A stretch of DNA of 64,000 nt, from positions 6,331-70,330 of the IMG/VR virus record IMGVR_UViG_3300014205_000017. One strand, given 5' to 3'. The DNA comes from a virus. Taxonomy: Duplodnaviria > Caudoviricetes. The notes beneath the pieces were generated by a model. The model searched no databases and was not told the DNA's origin. It worked only from the letters and a program-made list of their open reading frames with translations. The translations under genes were made by a program, and so were the position numbers. Shown one piece after another: positions 17,852 through 26,193 of the stretch. Position 1 is the stretch's first letter. The number at the start of each line of letters is the position of its first letter.

Positions 17852-18304
17852 TCAGCCACGCTTTACGCGAGAAGGCCACTCCAACTCGGCACCATCGCGG
17901 CTGTACAGTGTACGAGACTCATCACCATTCAGTCGGATGGACGATCCATCTTTGAATATGAGACGACCATCGCGAGATTTGTACCTGGAGTGCTTCACCA
18001 GAACCTCAACCTTTCGACGGTGGTACTGCTCGCACATAGGCCGAGCAGTACGGCACGACCAGTACATATCAGAGTCATCGTCAGCACGCGTTCCGTAATG
18101 GATCAGCGTGTACATCTCATGAGCGTGCACCTCCCAATGGAACTTGCCATCGTGCCCATCTACAAGATCCATTGGGAGCCAGAACTGGCGCTTGAGCGGA
18201 TGGATGTGAAGGATCTTACCCATGCGCATAACGCCATGGCAGTTGACACAGATCCAGTCATCAACTGCGAATTGACTGCCTTTAAGCCTTATGGAATGCG
18301 TCAT
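17852..18304 (-). CDS. hypothetical protein
   Basis: ~150 aa; alternative start at 18325. Confidence 0.65.
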   Translation of the reverse strand: MTHSIRLKGSQFAVDDWICVNCHGVMRMGKILHIHPLKRQFWLPMDLVDGHDGKFHWEVHAHEMYTLIHYGTRADDDSDMYWSCRTARPMCEQYHRRKVEVLVKHSRYKSRDGRLIFKDGSSIRLNGDESRTLYSRDGAELEWPSRVKRG

Positions 18305-18614
18305 ACGATTCTCGCCGTCCTTCATCCGCCAACTGGCCGCCGAACGCGTGCCAGACTAGGTTGCCTCCAGCAGTCTGGAAAGTGCCGACATAATGGCGCG
18401 GCTGGAGGTCAGGTGGAAGCGTATGGCCTGTGCCAAAGATGGACACGCCGAAGTCAACCAGCGGCTGAGAAGTATCGACCATCACCCATACCTGGGCGCT
18501 GTTGGGACGTGGATCGTTTGCCTGAATCTGGACATCCAAGATAGTCGCGCCCTTGTGCGTCTGGAATACATTGCCTTGACCGATGTATACTGGGAATTTA
18601 TGGATGGCGTTCAT
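18282..18614 (-). CDS. conserved phage hypothetical protein (IHKFP...GTGH...YVGT.Q...LVWH family)
   Basis: motif pattern widespread in phage early regions. Confidence 0.75.
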   Translation of the reverse strand: MNAIHKFPVYIGQGNVFQTHKGATILDVQIQANDPRPNSAQVWVMVDTSQPLVDFGVSIFGTGHTLPPDLQPRHYVGTFQTAGGNLVWHAFGGQLADEGRRESYDAFHKA

Positions 18615-18988
18615 TTTGAATCCTCAGGTGGTGGCACTAGGCCGGTGTATTGTCTGGCCAGGGTGATGGGCATGACCTCAGCCGGGTTGATCTGGACGGC
18701 CACGCACCGGCAGTTGATGCCTCCTGGAACTCGCAAGCCTTTTCGCCACGGCTCGCGGGCATCAAGGGCAGCGTCCCTACGCTTGATAAACAGCATCTGA
18801 AGGATACGGCCAGGCATACGCCTGCCTATAGGGTCGAAACCGTCGCCTGCAATGTTAAGGGCGCGCTGAAAGCTATCGTTAAGGCGACGGCTAAACCGAT
18901 TTACGACTATTCGCGGCTGGTCATCGTTCGCAGCCAGTCGATTCAGCTGCCAGACCATACGCCAACATTCTTTGGCTGATACGCTCAC
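18611..18988 (-). CDS. hypothetical protein with PGGINCRC motif
   Basis: GTG at 18988 with GGAGG RBS; 125 aa. Confidence 0.65.
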   Translation of the reverse strand: MSVSAKECWRMVWQLNRLAANDDQPRIVVNRFSRRLNDSFQRALNIAGDGFDPIGRRMPGRILQMLFIKRRDAALDAREPWRKGLRVPGGINCRCVAVQINPAEVMPITLARQYTGLVPPPEDSK

Positions 18989-18989
18989 T

Positions 18990-19181
18990 TCACCACCTCC
19001 TACCGCCAACACGACCGCTTTCACCTTTGCGCATCGAGTGGTCGGTGTAGTTGCCGCGACAGCCACAGGTGCAGAACACCAGGCCTGGGTCCAGAGTACG
19101 CTGGTTCGTTTCGATCTGCTCGACCTTCCCGCCATTGGACTCAAAAGCGAGCATGGCCGCTGCCAGATCTTCAGGGCTCAC
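18990..19181 (-). CDS. small Cys-containing protein
   Basis: GTG at 19181 overlaps the upstream TGA; CTCGC. Confidence 0.6.
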   Translation of the reverse strand: MSPEDLAAAMLAFESNGGKVEQIETNQRTLDPGLVFCTCGCRGNYTDHSMRKGESGRVGGRRW

Positions 19182-19354
19182 TTGGCCACCTTGTTGCGAG
19201 GGTGGTTGACGCCCATCAGACGGACGCAATTCTTGCAGGTCACCAGAAGGCTGCCGGTGGCGAACTTACCGCCTGATGCCTTGCACAAAGTCGTGCGACG
19301 GTCAGCCTGTGGATCTTGGTCAGCTTGGTGAAGCACGGGAGTCGCGGCCATCAT
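19178..19354 (-). CDS. small hypothetical protein (58 aa, not in ORF track)
   Basis: GAGG RBS, behind the promoter at 19384-19412; C...CKNC. Confidence 0.6.
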   Translation of the reverse strand: MMAATPVLHQADQDPQADRRTTLCKASGGKFATGSLLVTCKNCVRLMGVNHPRNKVAK

Positions 19355-19383
19355 AATGTCCTCAGAATCATTAACGTGGTCTG

Positions 19384-19412
19384 ATTATACTATGACGATC
19401 ACGACTGGTCTA
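19384..19412 (-). promoter_or_regulatory. early promoter TAGACC-17-TATAAT
   Basis: read directly. Confidence 0.7.
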
Positions 19413-19435
19413 GCACTTTATCACGAACATCCAGA

Positions 19436-19630
19436 TTATGGATTGGCGCCGGTAACGATACCCGCTCGACTCGCTGCCAGGACTTCCTGATGTTCTCTTT
19501 TCAACCTACGACATCGCCTGGTACGACATCGGACTCTGCACAGCACATGCCCTTCTTTTGTTGGGTGGAACAGCTCGCCACACTCGATACAATTAATCAT
19601 ATTTGCGCCACACCTGACACATTTAGCCAT
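19436..19630 (-). CDS. small Cys/Arg-rich zinc-finger protein
   Basis: CVRC, CIEC, CRVRC; GGAG RBS. Confidence 0.6.
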   Translation of the reverse strand: MAKCVRCGANMINCIECGELFHPTKEGHVLCRVRCRTRRCRRLKREHQEVLAASRAGIVTGANP

Positions 19631-19702
19631 GATGCTCCTGCCTCCACAGTATAAGTTCGTATGAGTTTGTATAACGACGACAGATAGACCTCCAATTCAC
19701 GG

Positions 19703-19728
19703 AAAAGTAACGGCAACACGTTACTTTT
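19703..19728. terminator. 10-bp hairpin with A/T tails (bidirectional terminator-like)
   Basis: AAAAGTAACG/CGTTACTTTT. Confidence 0.55.
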
Positions 19729-19934
19729 TATTTCCGGTAATGTTCAGGCGTTACCACTACTGGCGTGTACGTTTATTCGGCCTTGTCGCAGGGATAGCCT
19801 ATAGAGGTGCCATCATCGGCACAGAACATGGGGTCCAGATTATGGACATTGATGACGAACGTGACATCGCCATTGCGACCGGGCATTCTGAACCGGATGT
19901 GGTGGTGGTCGAAACAAACGACAAGGTGAATGAC

Positions 19935-20789
19935 ATGGCTGAAGTAATTGATCTGAATGGCGGTGGTGGTCTGGGCGCAGGTCTGGGCGGCGGTCTCCTG
20001 GGCGGCATCCTCGGTGGCGCCCTCCTGGGCAACGGCCTGGGTCGCAACAACCTCGCTGGCGATGTGGGCGGCGTTGTAACCCCAGCCCTCCTGGCGTCTT
20101 CTCTGGCCCAGGTTACTGATACTGCGATGAACACCACCGTGCTGCAAAGCCTGGGTGACATCAAGGCGTCCGTACCTTTGGCTGAAGGCCAAGTCCAGCT
20201 GGCGCTTGCCGGTGCAACCGGTGAGATTCGCTCCCACCTGGGCGCTGTCGAGAACGGCATTCTGATCGGCCAAACTGCGATCAACAAGGGCGTGTCCGAT
20301 GCCATCGCCGCGTCGCTGGCCAGCCAGAACAACATCAACGTCAACGTTCTTCAACAAGGCTCGGCCACTCGCGAGTCGGTTGCTGCATACGGCGTTGCCA
20401 ACCTGACCGCGACCAAAGATGCACAATACGCTACCGCTGCCGCGATCAGCTCCAGCACCAAGGAAATCTTGGCAGCCCTCAACGACCAGAACACTGCGAA
20501 TCTGCAGCGTCAACTGACAGTCGCCGAGTCGGCCCTGTTGGAAAACCGTCTGGTGGGTCGTGCTCGCGAATCCGAAATCAACATCACCAACACCAACACT
20601 GCGACTGCGCAACAGTTCCAAATGCAGAACCAGTCCCAACAACAACTGCAGGCCATCATCCAGCTGAACGCTTTGGTGGGCAACCTGGCCAACGACATTC
20701 AAGTCGTTCGTCAAGGCCAGACCATCTTCAACAGCGGCACTATGGCGGCGTCCGGCACTCAAGCTGCCGCAAACACCAAGGTGAACTAA
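19935..20789 (+). CDS. glycine-zipper / long amphipathic, Gln-Asn-rich protein of unknown function
   Basis: GGGGLGAGLGGGLLGGILGGALLGNG then Ala/Gln/Asn-rich helices; AAGGTG RBS before 19935 (alternative start 19842). Confidence 0.85.
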   Translation: MAEVIDLNGGGGLGAGLGGGLLGGILGGALLGNGLGRNNLAGDVGGVVTPALLASSLAQVTDTAMNTTVLQSLGDIKASVPLAEGQVQLALAGATGEIRSHLGAVENGILIGQTAINKGVSDAIAASLASQNNINVNVLQQGSATRESVAAYGVANLTATKDAQYATAAAISSSTKEILAALNDQNTANLQRQLTVAESALLENRLVGRARESEINITNTNTATAQQFQMQNQSQQQLQAIIQLNALVGNLANDIQVVRQGQTIFNSGTMAASGTQAAANTKVN

Positions 20790-20793
20790 GACC

Positions 20794-21063
20794 ATGGCCA
20801 ATGACCAAGTTGCATTGCTCGTACAACAGGCGCTAGCGTCCAATCCCGGACTAGCAGCCTTGCTCGGCCAGTCGCAACCTCCACCTGTCGCGATTCAAGC
20901 TTCACAGACGACACATGTTGCGAACGATTTTACTGATGAGGAAGTGATGTTTCTCAAACTGTTCAAAGCGTTCGTAGCAACGGCAGAAGGTAATCCGATT
21001 GTGGGCATGTTGTCGAAGTTCGCCAGGTTTGCGCAATCAGAGGTCGATAAGGCCAAGGCTTGA
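20794..21063 (+). CDS. hypothetical partner protein (89 aa)
   Basis: 4 bp behind the glycine-zipper gene, followed by a hairpin. Confidence 0.75.
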   Translation: MANDQVALLVQQALASNPGLAALLGQSQPPPVAIQASQTTHVANDFTDEEVMFLKLFKAFVATAEGNPIVGMLSKFARFAQSEVDKAKA

Positions 21064-21078
21064 GGTTAAGCAGCAGAC

Positions 21079-21104
21079 AAAAGGGCGCTCTAGGGCGCCC
21101 TTTT
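21079..21104 (+). terminator. intrinsic terminator
   Basis: AAAAGGGCGC...GCGCCCTTTT. Confidence 0.75.
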
Positions 21105-21116
21105 CAGGAGACGGAC

Positions 21117-21665
21117 ATGCGGAATAAAATCATTTTTCTGGACATCGACGGCGTGCTATGCAGCCTTCGGAGCGCCATGGCATTCGGCGGCCGCCCTGTG
21201 GTCGATAGCTCCAGCTCATGGAGCAAGTTCGATCCAGTCGCGGTCGGCCTGCTGAAGAGTGCCATCGTGGAAACTGGCGCGAGTGTCGTATTGTGCTCCA
21301 ACTGGCGCCACGATGCGAACATGCCGACGCTTGAGTATGTACTGGGCATCAATATCATGGATGTGACACGCGACCATGAAGATGGCGATACGCGTGGCGA
21401 TCAGATCAAGGACTGGCTGGCCAATCACCCAGAGGTGGAGCGGTACGCTATCCTGGATGATAAGGAAGACTACTACAGCGGGCAAATGGACCACTTGTGC
21501 CGTACCAGCACCCGCAACGGCTTTCTTCTGGGGCACTATGAAGAGCTTGTTGACCTTCTGGGGCCTGACATCACTTTCGATGCCGAGCCTGAGATGGAAG
21601 CTGCCATGGAAGAAGGTGAAGCTGTTGCCGCGCCGGAGTCCGTGCTCATGCTGCCACTTGGCTAG
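21117..21665 (+). CDS. HAD-superfamily phosphatase (HAD_SAK_2 / RNA-repair type)
   Basis: IFLDIDGVL, VVLCSNWR, RGDQI..WL, YAILDD; AGGAG RBS. Confidence 0.8.
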   Translation: MRNKIIFLDIDGVLCSLRSAMAFGGRPVVDSSSSWSKFDPVAVGLLKSAIVETGASVVLCSNWRHDANMPTLEYVLGINIMDVTRDHEDGDTRGDQIKDWLANHPEVERYAILDDKEDYYSGQMDHLCRTSTRNGFLLGHYEELVDLLGPDITFDAEPEMEAAMEEGEAVAAPESVLMLPLG

Positions 21666-21684
21666 TTTGACGAGCATTAATGCA

Positions 21685-21716
21685 GAAAGGCGCGGCCATA
21701 ACTGGTCGCGCCTTTC
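21685..21716. terminator. bidirectional terminator
   Basis: GAAAGGCGCG/CGCGCCTTTC between convergent genes. Confidence 0.75.
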
Positions 21717-21742
21717 CTGTTTCTACACCTGAGCGATGTCCG

Positions 21743-22630
21743 TTAGAACATGGTCGGCTTTTCAGGGATTGGATAGCCCAGGGCCAGCAGGTGATCGTTC
21801 AACTTCACACGCTCGTCATGGCTGAGCGAAGCCATGTATGGCAACCGCTTCTCCTCAGTCGTCAAGGCGCGGACGTGGAAGTATTCGCTGTCTTGGCCAA
21901 CATCGTTTTGTCGCCGCTTGGTCGTGCCCATGACAATGCCATCGCCGAACGACGATTCAAGGACGGCGCGAAGGTGTGCTACGAAAAGTGACTTGCCAGA
22001 ACCTTGCTTGTCACCAGCAACATGGACGATGACGTCCAGGTTGGCGTGTGCACCGACTTCTTTGACCATAAGCTCAAGCGCGGTCAGTTCGGCTGGTTCT
22101 GGCATAGATGGCGCTTGAGCTTTGGCAGTCGCTACTTCATTGAACAAGAATGCTGTCGGATTCTGGAACGATCCCGGCGCAACGTCCATCCAGTCAGGTA
22201 TGAAGCAAATGTCTGGATGGCCATCAATGCTGAAGTGAGATGCGATTTGCTGGCGAACCCATCGAACGGCCCATTCAAGGCGCTCGCCTTCTGCTGCGCC
22301 ACCACCGTCCTTGAAGAATACTTCAACCCGGCTGGCAACTTCTGGCCCTTCCAACAGCATGGCATCGCCATCAGGCCCGCGACACAGAATTAGATCAGCA
22401 CGCCCTTTGCGCCGTACCTTGATCATGCGCCAATGGAGCGGGTGACCGACCGGCTGCATTGGCGGTGGCGCGAGCAACGTAGGCTCGCTGGACATTGCAG
22501 GAGCGACGCTAGCGCTTGGCTCCTGCATCGGGACGGGATCGGCGCAGGAGTCCGGTAGGCACGCATTAGGCGCGTCAACAATGCCAACGTCGCGGCAAGG
22601 CTCTACATGGTTATTGAGTTTATCATTCAT
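21743..22630 (-). CDS. hypothetical multidomain protein (Pro-rich N-terminus, C-terminal Walker-A-like motif)
   Basis: 295 aa; GDKQGSGKS. Confidence 0.7.
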   Translation of the reverse strand: MNDKLNNHVEPCRDVGIVDAPNACLPDSCADPVPMQEPSASVAPAMSSEPTLLAPPPMQPVGHPLHWRMIKVRRKGRADLILCRGPDGDAMLLEGPEVASRVEVFFKDGGGAAEGERLEWAVRWVRQQIASHFSIDGHPDICFIPDWMDVAPGSFQNPTAFLFNEVATAKAQAPSMPEPAELTALELMVKEVGAHANLDVIVHVAGDKQGSGKSLFVAHLRAVLESSFGDGIVMGTTKRRQNDVGQDSEYFHVRALTTEEKRLPYMASLSHDERVKLNDHLLALGYPIPEKPTMF

Positions 22631-22681
22631 GGTGAATCCTCTTTGCTTGAGTCAATTACAGGACGGTCGCGCTGATAAGCG

Positions 22682-22879
22682 CTATTCCCATTCCTTGCCG
22701 CGACCGGATTGGATGCCCAACTTTGTCTTCTTATGGGGCTTACGCTCCTTGGGCACATTAGGCTTGTCCATCGTCTGGCAGGCTCGGCAGGTTTGAGGGT
22801 GGCCGCCACCTACTCCGATGAATTGACAGCAACTGGCACAATGCGAGCCGTCCTCAACGTTATCCTCAAAGAAGCTCAT
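22682..22879 (-). CDS. small zinc-finger protein
   Basis: CASC...CRAC; ATGA coupling. Confidence 0.65.
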   Translation of the reverse strand: MSFFEDNVEDGSHCASCCQFIGVGGGHPQTCRACQTMDKPNVPKERKPHKKTKLGIQSGRGKEWE

Positions 22880-23208
22880 TCTGTGATCAACTCGCCATCA
22901 AGTGTTACAGTGGCCTTCACCCAGCGAATCGGAACATCAGCAGATGCCCAGGTGCGACCAGTCTGAAGATTCAGGATCCAGTAATAGCCCTCAGGCGCGG
23001 TGACGTCATCCCTGCCCTCTACAGCAGATGCGCGATATAAGCTCACATCAGTCCGCATGCACAGAGCGCCTTCACGCATGAAGGTATCGCCACGCTTGGA
23101 GTCAGAGATCATCGGCGGGCGTTCAGCCTCGACCGGATTCTTGACGACGACAGTCAACTTCGACGGTGATTTGAAGACGCGAATTGCAGGATTCACTTTA
23201 GCAGCCAT
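22876..23208 (-). CDS. hypothetical protein
   Basis: 110 aa. Confidence 0.7.
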   Translation of the reverse strand: MAAKVNPAIRVFKSPSKLTVVVKNPVEAERPPMISDSKRGDTFMREGALCMRTDVSLYRASAVEGRDDVTAPEGYYWILNLQTGRTWASADVPIRWVKATVTLDGELITE

Positions 23209-23210
23209 GA

Positions 23211-23447
23211 TCAGAACTCCGAAGGAAGTGGCATGGTTTGCACGCTGTAGCCCTTGTTGACATAGATGGCCGTGTGCCGGTCAATGTCGCGCTGGTCATA
23301 CGACTTGCCGTCATTGAACTTCAAGACCAGGCGTTTGAGATCCGGCTCATCACGAGCGACCAGGCAGAAGCCCAGATTGGGAAGGTGGGCCAGGAAGCGT
23401 GGGCCGGACAGCTCGCCACCGGTGATCTTGAGGATTTGGAAGGCCAT
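23211..23447 (-). CDS. hypothetical protein
   Basis: 78 aa, GGAG RBS, own promoter. Confidence 0.7.
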   Translation of the reverse strand: MAFQILKITGGELSGPRFLAHLPNLGFCLVARDEPDLKRLVLKFNDGKSYDQRDIDRHTAIYVNKGYSVQTMPLPSEF

Positions 23448-23481
23448 TACAGTTGCTCCAGGTTAGGTAAGGTCTGACGCG

Positions 23482-23510
23482 ATTATAAACCCAGTTCACA
23501 ATCGCGTCTA
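23482..23510 (-). promoter_or_regulatory. early promoter TAGACG-17-TATAAT
   Basis: read directly. Confidence 0.75.
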
Positions 23511-23516
23511 CAAAAT

Positions 23517-23756
23517 TTATGCGAAAGTGTAATCGCCAGTCAAGTACCAGCGGCCATTGGACAGAAGCTTGGCCGCGTCGTAACGCATGCCGTTGTGGAT
23601 GAGGATGGCCAAGCCTGCGTTCGGCTGGACTTCGGTCAGGAGAAGGGCGCTGACACGTTCTACGCCGATGATCGACTTGGTGGTGGAGGTAAGCTGGTTA
23701 AGCTGCTCCAGGGTAGGCGAGAAGCGACGTGTGTTCATCAGGGATACAAAGCGCAT
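23517..23756 (-). CDS. hypothetical protein
   Basis: 79 aa, GAGGA RBS, own promoter. Confidence 0.7.
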   Translation of the reverse strand: MRFVSLMNTRRFSPTLEQLNQLTSTTKSIIGVERVSALLLTEVQPNAGLAILIHNGMRYDAAKLLSNGRWYLTGDYTFA

Positions 23757-23790
23757 TTCAAATCCTCAGCTTTCGTTTCGGTATGCTGAT

Positions 23791-23819
23791 ATTATATCGA
23801 CTTCCATAATGTCCGTCTA
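23791..23819 (-). promoter_or_regulatory. early promoter TAGACG-17-TATAAT
   Basis: read directly; -35 is one arm of the inverted repeat CCGTCTAC (23813-23820) / GTAGACGG (23847-23854). Confidence 0.75.
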
Positions 23820-24218
23820 CTGATAAGGCAAAAAGAATGCCCTCATGTAGACGGGCTGGTGTGATTGTTTGGTTGTTCCATATCTGCGACGCGGACGTTG
23901 TTATCACCTCGCGGCCAACCTTGACGCCCGACTCGACTTACTAGGTTTGTCCCGGCACTCAAAGCCAGATTCCATTTACAACAGAGTGGTGGCCGCTGCC
24001 CATCAGTAGGGCGCATAATTAAGCCATCTGCCGCAATCACTTTATGTACATTCCGACGGCCTCTTATACGGTCGGACCTACACCCACTACACAGGCTTGG
24101 ACAGGCCCAGGGGCATAGCTTAGTCGATGAGTCCCTATGGCCACCAACACTCGGCAACAACGACATCCAATGTCAGCTCAATGGTTCTCGTCGCTATGAT
24201 AACCTAAATGACGCCCAA

Positions 24219-24249
24219 AGAAAAGCCCGCTACATGAGCGGGCTTTTCT
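24219..24249 (-). terminator. intrinsic terminator (13-bp stem)
   Basis: AGAAAAGCCCGCT/AGCGGGCTTTTCT. Confidence 0.85.
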
Positions 24250-24274
24250 GCCTTGAAGGCGTTCCAGGATGGGG

Positions 24275-24595
24275 TTAGGCTTGTGCCGTACCCTTATGAC
24301 CGGCACCGAGCACGAAACCGGCCACCTCCACATTTTCAAAGTGGGTGCCGACAGCCATCATGGCCGGGCCAGTGCGTTTACTCAGAATGACAGCAGCCAC
24401 TTCGGTGGTCGCGGTGGACAATCGCGGCGCTTCAGCAACGCAGATCACCAGGCCGTCATACTTGCCGTCAATGGAGGCGTGGCCATAGCCTTGCTCCCAC
24501 TTCGGCGATTCAGTGCGAGTCTGATCAGACGCGAACGCCCCACCAGCCACACAGAGGGCAAGCGCGGCCCCCAACAGAATGCGCTTAATCATCAT
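24275..24595 (-). CDS. small exported protein (Sec signal peptide)
   Basis: MMIKRILLGAALALCVAGGAFA-S; GGAGG RBS. Confidence 0.75.
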   Translation of the reverse strand: MMIKRILLGAALALCVAGGAFASDQTRTESPKWEQGYGHASIDGKYDGLVICVAEAPRLSTATTEVAAVILSKRTGPAMMAVGTHFENVEVAGFVLGAGHKGTAQA

Positions 24596-24759
24596 TGCCG
24601 TACCTCCTGGACTCAGTTATTGAACTTCGTTAAGAGGCTTGATATTACCTATATAGACGGCACAAGTAAACTACTATTTATCAACTTACACTGCTAATAG
24701 CCAGCACTGACCATACACGTCTATAATCAGGACAACTTACATATATGGACACTCACTAA

Positions 24760-26139
24760 GTGTACTCTTTAAATCCCGCGCTCAAACAATTCTGGAGGAC
24801 CAGAAGCCGATACAAGGCACTGTACGGCGGTCGGGCATCCTCCAAATCCCACGATGCCGCTGGCATGGCCGTATACCTCGCGGCCAACTTCACGCTGAAG
24901 TTCCTATGTGCTCGTCAATTCCAAAACAGGATTGACGAGTCTGTGTACACGCTGATCAAGAACAAGATTGAGAATAGCGAGTACAAGACTGAGTTCACAC
25001 TGACCAAAAACTCCATCAAGCACAAGGGAACTGGGTCTGAGTTCATATTCTACGGTATCGCCCGCAACCTTTCTGAGATCAAGTCTACAGAGGGCGTGGA
25101 CATCCTTTGGCTTGAAGAGGCCCATTACCTTACTGCTGAACAATGGGAGGTCATTGAGCCGACCATCCGTGCCCAGGGATCGGAAATCTGGCTGATATGG
25201 AATCCTGATGAGATCACAGACTTCATCTACCAGAACTTTGTGGTCAACCCTCCTGAGGATTGCTTGGGGAGGATGATCAACTGGGAGGAAAACCCATACT
25301 TGTCCGACACCATGCTCAAGGTCATCCACGAGGCGTACAAGCGCGATCCAGAGCAGGCCCGTCACATCTACGGGGGCGAGCCAAAGACGGGCGGCGACAA
25401 GTCCGTCATCAACCTGAAGTTCATCATGGCCGCGATGGACGCCCACATCAAGCTTGGCTGGGAGCCAGGAGGGCAGAAGCGCACCGGATACGACGTAGCC
25501 GACGACGGGGCTGACAACAACGCAACCGTATCAGCCTACGGCAATGTCTGCATGGAGACGGACGAATGGGAGGGGCTTGAAGACAAGATCATGGAGTCGG
25601 CATCAAGGGTGTACAATGCTGCTCGCATATTCGGCGGCACAGTAACCTTTGACTGCTTGGGGGTTGGCGCGTTCGTCGGCAACCAGTTTAGCAATCTGAA
25701 TGATGCCAATGAAGACTTCACGCTGGAGTATGACGCATTCAACGCCGGTGGCGGGATCAAGAAGCCTGATGAAGTCTTCATGGAGCTGCCTCACATAAAC
25801 ATCCTGAACAAGGATCATTTTGAGAATGCCAAGGCTCAGGCATGGTCTGATGTGGCAGAACGATTCCGCAAGACGTATGAGGCAGTTGAGAAAGGTGTTC
25901 CGCACCCGCACGACGAGCTGATATCCATCAACACGGCGACCATCCCTGAGAAGATTCGTAACCAACTCATGATTGAGCTTTCGGGACCGCGCAAGGCGTT
26001 ATCCGGTAACGGCAGGTTCATGGTGGAGGCCAAGAAGGATATGGCCAAGCGCGGCATCAAGTCGCCAAACGTAGCTGACGCATTCATCATGGCATTCGTA
26101 TACCCGAACCGGGACGCTCCTGGCTGGTTCGATATGTGA
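24760..26139 (+). CDS. terL: terminase large subunit (PBSX/Terminase_3 type)
   Basis: LYGGRASSKS, CARQFQ, Walker B LWLEEA, nuclease GYDVAD and SPNVADA. Confidence 0.95.
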   Translation: MYSLNPALKQFWRTRSRYKALYGGRASSKSHDAAGMAVYLAANFTLKFLCARQFQNRIDESVYTLIKNKIENSEYKTEFTLTKNSIKHKGTGSEFIFYGIARNLSEIKSTEGVDILWLEEAHYLTAEQWEVIEPTIRAQGSEIWLIWNPDEITDFIYQNFVVNPPEDCLGRMINWEENPYLSDTMLKVIHEAYKRDPEQARHIYGGEPKTGGDKSVINLKFIMAAMDAHIKLGWEPGGQKRTGYDVADDGADNNATVSAYGNVCMETDEWEGLEDKIMESASRVYNAARIFGGTVTFDCLGVGAFVGNQFSNLNDANEDFTLEYDAFNAGGGIKKPDEVFMELPHINILNKDHFENAKAQAWSDVAERFRKTYEAVEKGVPHPHDELISINTATIPEKIRNQLMIELSGPRKALSGNGRFMVEAKKDMAKRGIKSPNVADAFIMAFVYPNRDAPGWFDM

Positions 26140-26151
26140 TCGAGTCCCACA

Positions 26152-26179
26152 AAAAGGCCCGCTGATGAGCGGGCCTTTT
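26152..26179. terminator. bidirectional terminator
   Basis: AAAAGGCCCGCT/AGCGGGCCTTTT. Confidence 0.85.
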
Positions 26180-26193
26180 CACACCAGACGGAA

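Noticed and set aside
19773-20843. 356-aa minus-strand ORF opposite the glycine-zipper gene
   Set aside because: Typical reverse-frame shadow of a strongly codon-biased gene; no RBS or promoter.
23848-23876. Plus-strand TAGACG as a promoter
   Set aside because: No -10 element at 16-18 bp; it is the second arm of the inverted repeat over the minus-strand promoter.
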